From the NCBI GenBank assembly GCA_951406725.2, contig OX597840.1, forward strand, positions 15,314,001 through 15,378,000: DNA of 64,000 nucleotides, read 5' to 3'. How positions within the stretch are numbered: the stretch's first letter is position 1; every line of letters begins with the position of its first letter. Source of the stretch: Octopus vulgaris. Taxonomy: Eukaryota. Below, in pieces: positions 1-11,667 of the stretch. A model generated the notes under the pieces. That model ran no database searches. It saw only the letters and a list, made by a program, of their open reading frames with translations, and was not told the DNA's origin. Both the position numbers and the translations under genes were made by a program.

Positions 1-442
1 TTCTGTTATACAACCATTAGACTGGATGGTCATTGTTGGAAGGACTTGACATAAGGTGTTGGAAAAGGCTAAACAAAAATAGCAGTGATGAGGGAAAACC
101 CCTGGAATAGCAAGACATGGAAACTTTTACATTTGGCAGGGAAAGGATCACTCAAATGGCTAGGAATAGCTGCTAGAATTCCTCAAATTGCATATTTAAG
201 GTGTCTTACAAAAGAAGATCACTTTGGATAAAAATGATGACGAATGCACTACTTCATTTTTAATACAGGCACACCTCACCCTACATTGTTAATTAAGTCG
301 AAAAATGACTAAAGTTGAATTAACTTGTCTCTAGACTAGACTAGGCTGAATTTACTTGCCTCTAGGCTAAACTGATAATAAGCATCCTCAGTTCTCTACT
401 TTATTTATGAATGCATTTTCAATAATACATGTTTAGTAAAAA

Positions 443-590
443 CCATGTGTGCTAAAATCTTGTCCTTATGTACAATTGTCAATACATTTGTCCAACCATT
501 CCCCAAAAATCATGCAACTGCAACCACTTCTTCACCTTTTGCATGGCGTTTTATCATATCCAGTCCAGTGTTATAGCATGATTCTTAGCA
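443..590 (-). pseudogene. Tigger/pogo-type transposase N-terminal (psq/CENP-B HTH) remnant
   Basis: Minus strand reads KNHAITL..LDMIKRHAKGEEVVAVA*...LTIVHKDKILAH, matching the start of Tigger-like transposases; it carries a stop and a frameshift. Confidence 0.6.
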
Positions 591-1039
591 GCTTCACTAT
601 GAATTTTCTTAGGATCCATGGGGACAAAAAAAAAATTTACAAATGAATGAGAATAAGAAAGTAGCCGATAAACAGACGTACACAAATCTGAATTCAAAAT
701 AATCGCAGGAATCATGAGTGACAATGACAGTGCAATATGAGCTCCAAAAAGACTGATAAGACAACTCAGCTGATTTCAGGATTTCGTTCACTAAGCTACA
801 CTGCTTTATGGTGTGTATCTTAACATTTACTGTACATGTTTTAATATGATTTTATATGCTTTTATTCTTATTTATTGTACAGTAATAGGATTTTATGCGC
901 TTTTAACGGTTTTCTAGTGATTTTATGATTCCAATATTTGTGGCAGACAGATGTAATGTCAAGAAAAATTACTTAACTTGATTTTATTTTTCCATATATT
1001 ATTTTTGAAAACCAACGACTTAAACGTCTTAAGCCAAGG

Positions 1040-1220
1040 GATGCCGGATAAAATGCTTAGCAACATTTTGCCCATCGCTATGTTCTGAGTTCAAATTCCA
1101 CCAAGGTCAACTTTACCTTTCATCCTTTCAGGGACAATAAAATAAGCACCAGTTGAAGACTGGGGTCCCCTGCACCACCACCCCACCAAATTTCTACCCT
1201 TGTGGAAAAATTTGAAACCC
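1040..1220 (+). mobile_element. Meta-domain tRNA-derived SINE (family M), degenerate 5' end
   Basis: B-box-like GAGTTCAAATTCC, then CCTTTCATCCTTTCAGGG..AATAAAATAAGCACCAGTT (MetaSINE-like core), followed by (TAT)n. Confidence 0.75.
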
Positions 1221-1255
<35 letters not shown>

Positions 1256-1672
1256 TGAAAGGGCTAAAGACAGACACTTTCCTCTTTGGCCAAGCCCTCA
1301 TCAACTTTTTCACATTTCACTTGAAAAGGAAAGTGAGGGTGGAGAGGGAAGTGTTGCCTTGTAGCAAGTTTGTTGAAAGGTGGGTGAATGTTGGAAGAAT
1401 GGCCAGTGTGAAAGGATTAATTCTGAGCATGCACCTGTACAAAAAAGAAGGTATCTTGCCCTGTTGTTCAGGCACCCATGGGTTTTAAGGGTCTTTCCAT
1501 AAGAACCTTAAAGCACCTCCTCTATTGGGATTTTAATTTGTTCAATTTTTAACTGTTATTTATATTGTGTACACATGAAAACCCATTGTATCATCCTGTT
1601 TTTGTCTTTAATGTTGTTATATGTCTTTTAATGTTATTTTTTGTGAGCCCTTGTGGCCAATAAAAGAATAAA
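1256..1672 (+). mobile_element. 3' end of Tx1/L1-clade LINE (ORF2 C-terminus plus 3' UTR) inserted in (TAT)n
   Basis: ORF 1255-1488 ends ...HLKRKVRVEREVL..SKFVERW, an L1/Tx1-type C-terminal F..RW motif. A T-rich UTR ends CCCTTGTGGCCAATAAAAGAA, and (TAT)n flanks both sides. Confidence 0.55.
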
Positions 1673-1696
1673 TTATTATTATTATTATTATTATTA

Positions 1697-1905
1697 AGGT
1701 GGTGAGCTGACAGAACCATTACCATGCTGGACAAAATGTTTAATGGTATTTTGTCTGTCTTTATGTTTTGAGTTCAAATGCCACCATGGTAGACTTCGCC
1801 TTTCGTCCTTTTGGGCTCATTAAAAAAGTACCAGTTGAGCAGAGGGGTCGATATAATTGATTAACCCCATCCCCCAAATTGCTGGCCTTGAGCTCAAATT
1901 TAAAA
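1697..1905 (+). mobile_element. Meta-domain SINE (family M), near full length
   Basis: Head GGTGGTGAGCTGACAGAACC..., B box GAGTTCAAATGCC, Meta core GCCTTTCGTCCTTTTGGG..AAGTACCAGTT. Confidence 0.8.
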
Positions 1906-2142
1906 TCAATATTGTTGTTGTTATTGTTGTTCACTGAATTATTGAAATGATGGGCAGATAATTGAGTGGTATTTGCTTCAGCTCTATTCATTCTGAGTTC
2001 AAACCCTTCTGAGGTCCACATTATGCTTCATCTCTCTGGGGTCAATAAAATAATGTAGCAGTCAAATATTGGGGTCACTTCAATCAACCACCCTCCTCCC
2101 CTCTGATTTCAGACCTTGTCTCATTGTTAGAAATAAATAATA

Positions 2143-2886
2143 CACTGCGTAACAAAATTTATATTTTTGCTTTTTTTGTTCTGTGTCTTTGGTCAAAAAG
2201 TGTTATTTCCTATTTGCTTCAATCTAGAAATCAAAGGAAATGACTACTATCCCCTTCAAGCTTTGCTTTTCTGACCTGGACATCAATATTTTAAAACTGA
2301 CCTATTTTCCATTACATTTCACACAGATTCAGTACTGAGTTGCTGAAGAAGAAATATCATTATAGCAAATATTCTGTTCAATACCAAAGATTTACCTGTC
2401 AGTTGCTTGACCATAACCACTTGAGCATGTTCCTTAGTGGCTGACAATATGAGCATCTCTGATCATGAGCAGCATGTTGAGAGGGATTCTTTAGGGTTGG
2501 AATAAATGTAAGAAAATCAAAATTTGAAGGCAATATTAGCCGTTTTTAATACATTCTAGGGGTAAGCAAGTATAAAATAACTGTTGCCACTCAAGGACAA
2601 AAATACATTGTTATAGCAAATATTCTGCTCAGTGCCACAGATTTTCTTGTCAGTTTATTGATCTTAACCTCTTGAGCATGTCTCTTAGTGGTTGACAATA
2701 TGTGCATATCTGAATATGAGCAGGAGTAGTGGGGGGAAGCACCATAGCCATATGTTGAGAGGAATTCTTTAGGGTTTGAATAAATGTAAGTTTGAGGGAA
2801 ATATTAACCATTTTTCATGCTTTCTCGGAGATGACAAATAGGAAATAGCAGTTGCTACCCAGGGACAAAAATTGTGTTACACATTG
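2143..2886. mobile_element. Non-autonomous DNA transposon with CACTG-type TIRs (Chapaev3-like) and an internal ~250-bp tandem duplication
   Basis: Left end CACTGCGTAACAAAATTT; right-end reverse complement CAATGTGTAACACAATTT. Segments 2358-2604 and 2607-2872 are homologous. Confidence 0.5.
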
Positions 2887-3609
2887 TTTTTTATGTTGTT
2901 AGTGTTGTTTTTCAGTATTCTCTCAACACGAGTAATACATGTTGGTGCAAACAATGCACGATGTAGCAACACACTGCACATTGATGCTGCAACGATGTCT
3001 CTGTTGCCGTTTTTGCTGTTGATGGCTTCAGCTAGAACATGAGGAACTGTCACGACTTTTGTTAGAGAGTCGTGGTTGTGTGTATGTGTGGAAAGTTTGA
3101 TAGAGCATGTGCATGTGTATGTATGCGTATATGTGCGTATTTAGATACATATGCACATCTGTGTGTATTTCTGAGCAAGTGGAGTGTCTGTATGTGTGTG
3201 CCTCTGTATGCGTGTGTGTGTGTGCATATCTATGTAAATCTTAGAAAATGTGTGTACATTTATCTATGTGTATATAGTCATGTATATATATGTATGTATT
3301 TATGTATATAATGCATATATATGGGTGTGCATGTACACACAGACACACACATACATGCATATACACAATGCCGGAACCACTTAAAAGTTAAAAAAAATTA
3401 TGCTATAACGATTAACAAACACATGTTCATACACACTCAACTACGCACACACACACACACACACACACATGCTTGAAATAAGTCATAATGAACACAAAGC
3501 GAAATTATCACATACACATGTTAGAATCATTTAGTTGCACTTATATATTGGTATGTATATGCATATATATATATACACACATATATATGCATATATATAT
3601 ATATATACA

Positions 3610-3654
<45 letters not shown>

Positions 3655-3867
3655 ACATACATATATACACACACACATATATATTTACATACATGTATAT
3701 ATATACATACATACATACACACACATATATGCACACATGCACACAGACAGATGCATCCTAAGCATGTGTGTGTGTACAAAGAGAGAGTAAGAGAGAGATG
3801 CATGTGTTAGATATCCATTTTTTGGGTACATATGTATCTGTATATGTATGTACATATTTCTTAAGTC

Positions 3868-3925
<58 letters not shown>

Positions 3926-4758
3926 ATGTGTATAAACTGTGTATATATATTTGCATGGTTCACCACTTTCAGTAGTTTTTCATCTTATCATTTGACACCT
4001 TTCTACATCCACTTCTTATACACACACACACACAAAGTTAGCACTATTCTACACATCTCCTATATACCCACACAATTTACACACAGTTGACAGCATTCTA
4101 CACCCCTTCTTAAGCACACCCACCCACATAGAGTTGACACTATTGTGCACACCTTCCTGCACACACCTGACGCTTATTGTATACACACAGGTGAGCTTAG
4201 CTGTCGTGCCATGTGAAGCAAACAATACCATATATGGAATGAAAAAGAATGGTTTCTTAGATCAACATGAAGTCAGGAAATTTGGTAGGGAAGTCTGGAT
4301 TCTTCCAATGGAATCAACCCCAGCAGTTTTTGTTCAGTGTTACACGTTCTCTCTACTCTTGCCAATACAAGCATTCATATATGCACAAACACACACACAC
4401 ATACTCACACAAACACACATAATCTCACCGACCTATAAACATATACATACACACAAACATACACATACATACATGACAATTATATATATATATATATATA
4501 TATACATACATACACACACACGCACACACATATATATGTATGTATATGTATGCATGTATATATATATAGTCATCAGCATCATGGTTTAACATCCACTTTC
4601 CCATGCTGGCATGGGTCAGATGCGATTCATTGAGGCAAATTTTCTACACCGGGATACTCTTCCTGTGATCAACCTTCATCTGGTTCCAAGTACCACCTTC
4701 CTACACTTCTTCTATATACAAGTGTGTGTATATGTGTGTACATGTGTGTGTGTGTGTA

Positions 4759-4930
4759 GGCATAGGAGTAGCTGTGTAGTAAGTAGCTTGTTTACCAACC
4801 ACATGGTTCTGGGTTCATTCCCACTGCATGGCACCTTAGGCAAGTATCTTCTATAGCCTTGGGCCGACCAAATCCTTGTGAGTGGATTTGGTAGACGGAA
4901 ACTGGAAGAAGCCCGTCATATATATGTATG

Positions 4931-4983
<53 letters not shown>

Positions 4984-4986
4984 ACG

Positions 4987-5017
<31 letters not shown>

Positions 5018-5228
5018 ATGTATATATATATGTATGTGTGTCTGTGTTTGTCCCCTCAACATCACTTGACAACTGATGCTGGTGTTTATGTCCCCGTAAC
5101 TTAGTGGTTTGGCAAAAGAGACCGATGGAATAAGTACTAGGCTTACAAAGAATAAGTCCTGGGGTCAATTTGCTCGACTAAAGGTGGTGCTCCAGCATGG
5201 CCACAGTCAAATGACTGAAAGAAGTAAA
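4759..5228 (+). mobile_element. Bipartite tRNA-derived SINE (family A) with central (TA)n(TG)n
   Basis: Head GGCATAGGAGTAGCTGTG..GGGTTCATTCCC, body GGCAAGT.TCTTCT..GTGAGTGGATTTGGTAGACGGAAACTG, central microsatellite, 3' half ending CCAGCATGGCCACAGTCAAATGACTGAAA. More than 15 copies occur in the window. Confidence 0.85.
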
Positions 5229-5250
5229 TGGGAGAGAGAGTACACATATT

Positions 5251-5791
5251 TTCAGTCCCACTGCTGTGAGCCTTAAGCAAGTGTCTTATACCATAGGCCC
5301 AGGCCAAGCAAAGCCTTGTGATGCATTTGGTAGATGGAAACCATCTGCAGACAATTCGTTGACAGACAATTCGCTGAGCGAAAGTGTTGATCATATACAA
5401 AGGGCATGGCAGAATTATTACTGATAGAACCATGAAAGAAAAGCCTTATTTGAGATGTGCAAATCTTAAACTGTGCAGTGCTAGACTTTTGGCCAACTGC
5501 CTCAATGAATTGTCTGTCTACCAATGGAAATGGAAAGAAGTCCATTGTATATATGTGTGTGTGAAAGAGTATGTGTGTGTCCTTGTGTTAGTGTTTGTCC
5601 CCAACTACTGCTTGACAACCGGTGTTAGCATGTTTACATTCCTGTAACTTAACGATTTAGCAAAGAAAATCAACAGAATATGTACCAGGCTTTAAAAAAT
5701 TAATAAGTACAGGGGTCGATTCATTTGACTAAAAGTTCTTCAAGGTGGTGCCCCAGCTTGGCCACAGTTTAATGGCTGAAACAAGTAAAAG
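5251..5791 (+). mobile_element. Family A SINE interrupted by a MITE
   Basis: Family A body breaks at GATGGAAAC and resumes after a 181-bp insert. Confidence 0.7.
5342..5522. mobile_element. MULE-like MITE nested in a SINE
   Basis: Inverted CAGACAATTCGTTGA (5348-5362) and TCAATGAATTGTCTG (5502-5516); degenerate 9-bp TSD GATGGAAAC/AATGGAAAT. Confidence 0.5.
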
Positions 5792-5894
5792 GTAGAAGAA
5801 AACTCTGATATATATATATATAATTTTTTTTTATGTAATGATATAAAAAAAAACCCAAGGCTGTGTAGATTTTAGAACATTTATAGATAGAAGG

Positions 5895-5941
5895 TCTTAC
5901 AGCTGTTTCTAGGATATTTATTATATTCCTTCAGTGGAGAT
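5895..5941 (-). ncRNA. Degenerate minimal hammerhead-like motif in a PLE-like end
   Basis: Minus: TCT-CCACTGA-AGG-loop-CCT-A-GAAA-CAGCTG-TA-AGA. Stem III is palindromic (ACAGCTGT), but the CUGAUGA core is mutated. Confidence 0.45.
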
Positions 5942-6412
5942 GGTGTGAGAAGATGGTTAAGCAATAGTTAATTTAGATAAGATATGAAAAAGAGAGTGAG
6001 GTAGAGGAATGAAAATAGATGTGAGATACGCAGGAATATTGTTGTATTTGTAGATCCATTATTTAGGCAGAATGGTATACATATAAGATTCCAATACCTT
6101 ATGAGTAAAATCCAATAGTATTTAAAATTGGTCATTCCAAGTATGGGGTTTATACACAGTGTTATTGAATCTAGGGTTTTATTTAAAGTGACCTAAAAGT
6201 AAGGAATGTATTAGTAGAGTCAAATCGAAAACAGGAAGAGAGGAATAAAGAAAGAGAAAAAAGAGAAAAGAAAGAAGAAAACAAATATATATAGATATAC
6301 ACACACACGCACATATACATATATTATAATTTGAAAACAAAGAAGAGAGTGGAGATTTATTCCCATCCAAAGTGTTTTTATTAAAAATGTTTTCTACAGC
6401 ATATATAACAAT

Positions 6413-6497
6413 GACCAACATATGTTTCTACTGCAGCAACTGCACATTGCTCTGTATTCAATTATGCATCCTAGTCACTGCAATTTCATCAAGGGTC
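6413..6497 (-). ncRNA. Minimal type-I hammerhead-like motif (PLE-type)
   Basis: Minus: GACC-C-TTGATGA-A-ATTGCAG...CTGCAGT-A-GAAA-CATATG-TT-GGTC. Stem I GACC/GGTC, 7-bp stem II, palindromic stem III. Confidence 0.6.
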
Positions 6498-6887
6498 CAT
6501 CACTTATGACATTTTCAAAGTAAACTAATTCAAACAAGCTTCCTGTGTTGGTATTCAGTTGAAGGTTATAGCGTTATTATTTGAATTGAATTGAATTCTG
6601 GTCTTATAATCCCCTTTGCTGGTATTACAGTTGAATCTTGGTTTATAAAATGTTCGTTCATATTACAATCAATTCTAGCAGTTTTGTTTACATTTAACTG
6701 TATGGAGTACATTATTTAATTCAGAAGTAATTCACTTAGGTTTAGGTTTATACACTCAATTAATATCGTTATTGTTATTACTAAAATTATTTTAGTATTA
6801 TCTGCAAAAGATCATTAATTATCACAATCATTGTTAACTAATAATATATATATATGTTTTCAGTGCAAATGGTTTATATATATGCAT

Positions 6888-7170
<283 letters not shown>

Positions 7171-7286
7171 ATGCACATATGTGTGTGTGTATTTATATAT
7201 AGTTATATATATGTATGTCACTATACGTGTGTTTTTATATTTGCATGTGTGTATGTGTGAATATACATATCTCTCTCTCTCTCTCT

Positions 7287-7330
<44 letters not shown>

Positions 7331-8004
7331 TTATGTATGTACACATGCACTCACATGATTGAAGGAAGATATTTAAATCTTTGTACGGCTGTGTGTTTAT
7401 GTATTTCTTTATGGTTACGTTGTATAAGTATATACACCCACATACCTATTCTTAAATTGTTAAATCACAATTTACCATTTATTCAGTTATAGTGCTTAGA
7501 TTTTATACATACATATATATATACACAAGTATATGTGTTTGTGTGTACACCCACCTGCCTTCTATTTTCAAATCACAATTTACTGTTTATTCATCTCTAG
7601 CCTTTTATTCTATATGTACGTGTGTGTGTGTGTGTGTGTGTGTGCGTGTGTGCGTGCGTGCATACATATATCCTCACCTGCCTCCTATTCTCGAACCACT
7701 GTTCACCGTTTATTAATCTCTAGCATTTATATTTTATAAATTCTCGCCATTCATTTAAAATCCATTCATCATTTTCTTAGTATTAATTGATCGTCTGCAA
7801 ATTGAAGGGAGATTGTTTGCTTTGCTCTCTCAGACATCGGTAAAAGGAACCAGACTTACAGCTTAGCACACAGACAGCTAAGACAATGAGGAATTTACAG
7901 CAGAACAGACCAAATGTCTAAAGAAGGTCAAATGCCTGTAAACCCAGTTAATCATTCGTTCCTAATTTGGGTAAACAAGACAATTGAAGCAGAGAATAGG
8001 TGTG

Positions 8005-8150
8005 TTGTTGTTGTTGCTGTTTAGCCCCAGGTTAGGCTCAGTTGAGTAGATGTATGATCAAAATCTTTCCAGTCATGTTTGCATACTTCCCCCTCCTCTA
8101 GGAATAGTGTATCTTGTACTATATTATTGAATGTGACCTTCCTATCTTTT
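8005..8150 (-). mobile_element. Old (CAA)n-tailed retroposon family (family C), representative copy
   Basis: GTTGTTG..TTTAGCCCCAGG..TATGATCAAA..TTCCAGTCATG. Related degenerate copies at about 10-80, 11350-11420, 38290-38470, 42100-42300, 43500-43570, 46790-46970, 54920-54990 and 61985-62170. Confidence 0.55.
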
Positions 8151-8341
8151 GTTTAAGTGCAGGTCAGCTCTGATTTAGTTGGCTTGTAATTAAACAGACA
8201 TGTTCCAGGCCAGACTACCCCATCATTCCATTTTTAGGAATCAATGCTTCAGCATGGGCACAGCCTTAGGAGTGAAACATGTAAAAGAATGAAAGAATAT
8301 TTATGTATGTATGTGAGTAAGAAGCAGGGAATATTGGCTAT

Positions 8342-8613
8342 CAAAATCAAAATCAAAATTAAAATCAAAATCGAAATCTCTCAACATCAATGGAAATTGT
8401 AGCTGAGATACGAGTGCCGGTGGCACGTAAGAGAACCGTCCGAACTTGGCCGTTGCCAGCCCCGCCCCGAATGGCCTCTATGCCGGTGGCATGTAAAGAG
8501 CACCATCCGATCGTGGCCGTTTGCCAGCCTCGTCTGGCACTTGTGCAGGTGGCACATAAAAAGCATCCACTACACTCTCGGAGTGGTTGGCGTTAGGAAG
8601 GGCATCCAGCTGT
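8342..8613 (+). mobile_element. RTE 3' UTR-derived fragment
   Basis: Repeated GTGCCGGTGGCACGTAA motif and GTGGTTGGCGTTAGGAAGGGCATCCAGCTGTA, the same as the UTR of the RTE at 32062-33505. Confidence 0.75.
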
Positions 8614-9126
8614 ATATATTTATTATTATTATTATTATAATAATAATAATAATAAAATATATATATGTATATATTTAAAAATTTATAAGTTTAAATTATT
8701 AATTTAAATAATTTTTTAAATATTAACTTTATATTTTATATATTTTTTATTAATTTTATTTTTATATATTGGTTTATGATTTTCACTGTTTGATTTGCCT
8801 AATAGTGGTTTTATCTCTAATTTAATATATATATATTTATACTATAAAATTAGATTTAATCCTAAATCTAATTTTTCCCTGTAAGTTTTGGATTTACTCC
8901 ATAATATTTTTATTATATCATCATCATCATCATATTTAAATATATATATATATTTAAATGGCGGTGCCCCAGCATGGCCACAGCTCATGAGCTGAAACTG
9001 GAAAAATCAAAATCAAATATATATATATATATAAAATTAATTAAGGGTAGAAATTGATATTTATCAATTAAAACCAGTGGTCTAGCATATTAAAAAGAAT
9101 CCGAAGATTAAAATATTTATATATAG

Positions 9127-9348
9127 CAATTAAGGACTGAACACGAAAAGTGGACAGTCAACATGCTAGATATAGACATTAAATCGCCATTCTCCACAAA
9201 GATTATGTTCTCAAATCAAACTCAGCACAAAACTTGTGCTGGTTTTGTGCTGAGTTTGATTTGAGAACATAATCTTTGTGGAGAATGGTGATTTGACGTC
9301 TATATCTAGCATGTTGACTGTCCACTTTTCATGTTCAGTCCTTAATTG
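9127..9348. repeat. Near-perfect foldback palindrome (107-bp arms, 8-nt loop)
   Basis: 9127-9233 is the reverse complement of 9242-9348 with 4 mismatches by my count; (TA)n flanks both sides. Confidence 0.95.
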
Positions 9349-9463
9349 GTATATATATATATATATATAATGGGATGCTTTATGAAAATAAACAAAAGAC
9401 GAAGGCAGGTGGAGTACAAACAAACAATTGTATTAGTATGGCGCTCAGTGGATATATATATAT

Positions 9464-9494
<31 letters not shown>

Positions 9495-9496
9495 TA

Positions 9497-9851
9497 GGTG
9501 AGGTAAGAAGCTTGCTTCCCAACCACATGGATCTGGGTTCAGTCCCAATGAATGGCATCTTGGGCAAATGTTTTCCACTATAGCCCTGGACCAATCAAAG
9601 GCTTGTGAGTGAATGTGGTAGACAGAAACTGAAAGAAGCCCATTATATGTATATGTCTGTGTGTGTGTGTGTGTCTTTGTGTCTCTGTCTCTCCCCCACC
9701 ATCACCCCTTGACACCTGGTATTAGTGTACTTATGTCCCTGTAACTTAGTGGTTTAACAAAGTGACTGATAGAATAAGTAAGTACTAGGCTTAAAAAAAG
9801 TACTGGGGTCTGTTTGTTTGACTAAAAAACCCTTCAAGGCAGTGCTTCAGC
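9497..9851 (+). mobile_element. Family A SINE
   Basis: Same head, body, central microsatellite and 3' half as 4759-5228. Confidence 0.75.
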
Positions 9852-9940
9852 TTGTTACATATACACATACACATTCATACACACACACACACACACATAC
9901 ACATGCACACACACAAACACACACATAGGGAGAAAGTGGT

Positions 9941-10165
9941 ATGCTAAGTAATGCTTGGAATAAACCCAATAAATGGGAAGTAAAATGTATTTGTAGGGAC
10001 CCTTCAAAATGCCAGAATAATGTAATCTGTAAATGTAGCATACAAATCCATAATAGCCAAAGAAGAACCTATATCGGTAGCATGATAAATTTCAAGCAAA
10101 GGTATAGAAGCGACCTTAGTTCTTTTAAGAATCCAAAATATAGGACATCCACCGCATTAGCATCG
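9941..10165 (+). pseudogene. Penelope-like element GIY-YIG endonuclease fragment
   Basis: KCICRDPSKCQNNVICKC...RTYIGSMINFKQRYRSDLSSFKNPKYRTSTALAS: Cys linker, VIY/YIG, FK.RY and ST.L motifs of PLE endonucleases. Confidence 0.75.
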
Positions 10166-10377
10166 TGGTACCTTGGGCAAGTGTCTTCTACTATAGCCTC
10201 AGGCCAACCAAAGTCTTGTGAGTGGATTTGGTAGATGGAAACTGAAAGAAGACTATTGTGTAAATGTGTGTGTGTGTGTGTGTGTGTGTTTGTTCTCCCA
10301 TCATCGCTTGACAACCGATGTTGGTGTGTTTATATATATATATATATATACATATGATGATGATGATGATATATATA

Positions 10378-10585
10378 TTAGATCGTTAGCCACTACACAC
10401 ATTTTTTTTCTCTCTTTTTTTCTCTCCTTGTTTCTCTCCTTGTTTTTTCTGTGTACCTTTCTGTAGAAGAGCATAGGGTCGAAACATAAAAGACTTTTTC
10501 TATTCCTGAGCGTTATACTAATACATCTGTTTGTTTTGTACACCACCTGTCTTCGTCTTTTGTTTTTTATCGTAAACTTTCCCTA
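10378..10585 (+). mobile_element. Short PLE-like terminal fragment carrying a variant hammerhead (10457-10492)
   Basis: Homologous to 9370-9450, 57665-57835 and 61378-61525, all abutting TA-rich repeat. Contains CTTT-CTGTAGA-AGAGC-ATAG-GGTC-GAAA-C-ATA-AAAG. Confidence 0.6.
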
Positions 10586-10596
10586 TATATGTATTC

Positions 10597-10872
10597 GTGG
10601 CCGATGCCAGCACCGCCTCGTCTGGCTTCCGTGCCGGTGGCACATAAAATACACCAATCCGACCGTGGCCGTTGCCAGCCTCGCCTGGCACCTGTGCAGG
10701 TTGCACGTAAAAAGCACCCACTACACTCACGGAGTGGTTGGCGTTAGGAAGGGCATCCAGCTGTAGAAACACTGCCAGATAAGACTGGAGCCTGGTGCAG
10801 CCTTCTGGCTTCCCAGATCCCCGGTCGAACCGTCCAACCCATGCTAGCATGGAGAACGGACGTTAAACGACG
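10597..10872 (+). mobile_element. RTE 3' UTR copy
   Basis: GTGCCGGTGGCAC repeats, AGGAAGGGCATCCAGCTGTAG, terminal CCAACCCATGCTAGCATGG..GGACGTTAAACGA. Confidence 0.8.
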
Positions 10873-10916
<44 letters not shown>

Positions 10917-10921
10917 ATATA

Positions 10922-11131
10922 TGTTTGTGTGTCTGTGTTTGTTCCCCACCACTACCATTACTTGACAACCGATGCTGGTGTGTTTACGTCCCCATAAACT
11001 TAGCAGTTTGGCAAAAGAGACCGATAGAATAAATACTAGGCTTACAAAGAATAAGTCCTGAGGTCAATTTGCTCGACTAAAGGCAGTACTCCAGCATGGC
11101 CACAGTCAAATGACTGAAGCAAGTAAAAGAG
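10922..11131 (+). mobile_element. Family A SINE 3' half
   Basis: CTTGACAACCGATGCTGGTGTG...CCAGCATGGCCACAGTCAAATGACTGAA. Confidence 0.75.
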
Positions 11132-11591
11132 TGTATATATATATCTAACACTAGGTACTGGACTGCTGATCACATGATCATCATTTCAAACGTTATTACT
11201 ACAACCATTATGTTATTATGAAACTGACATAGTGTATCTAGGACTATATTCTTGAGTATGTTATTATTTCTTTAAGGCATGAGCATTCTGTTATTCTCTT
11301 TGGCATTGTGTATCTAAGACTACATTATCTAATGTGTCCCTTGCTTTCCGTAAATGGCAAATAAAGTATGTGATTCAAGTGGGATTTGGCTGTTATCTCT
11401 AGTAGAGCAAGCGACCACTGTACAAACTCCTTCATTTTCTCGTTCACAGTTGAATGGTTTGAGGTGGTTAGAAGTTGGAAAATCACCCAACTGTGAAATG
11501 ATCGCAAAATTTTTAAAAACACCATCTAATTGATGCAAACATGGAGGGGAAGTAATCGATGCCAAAATACTTGGGAAAATGATAGCAGAGT

Positions 11592-11667
11592 GGGGTTGGC
11601 AGGGGATGGGGTTGGCAAGGGGTGGGGTTGGTGGGGGTGGCGGGGTGGGGTTGGCGGGGGGTGGGGG
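11592..11667 (+). other. G-rich tract with G-quadruplex potential
   Basis: Ten runs of 4 or more G with short loops; recurring GGGGTTGGC unit. Confidence 0.7.

Noticed and set aside
7833-7925. Possible exon after the TTTGCTCTCTCAG acceptor
   Set aside because: Stops occur in all three frames before a credible donor.
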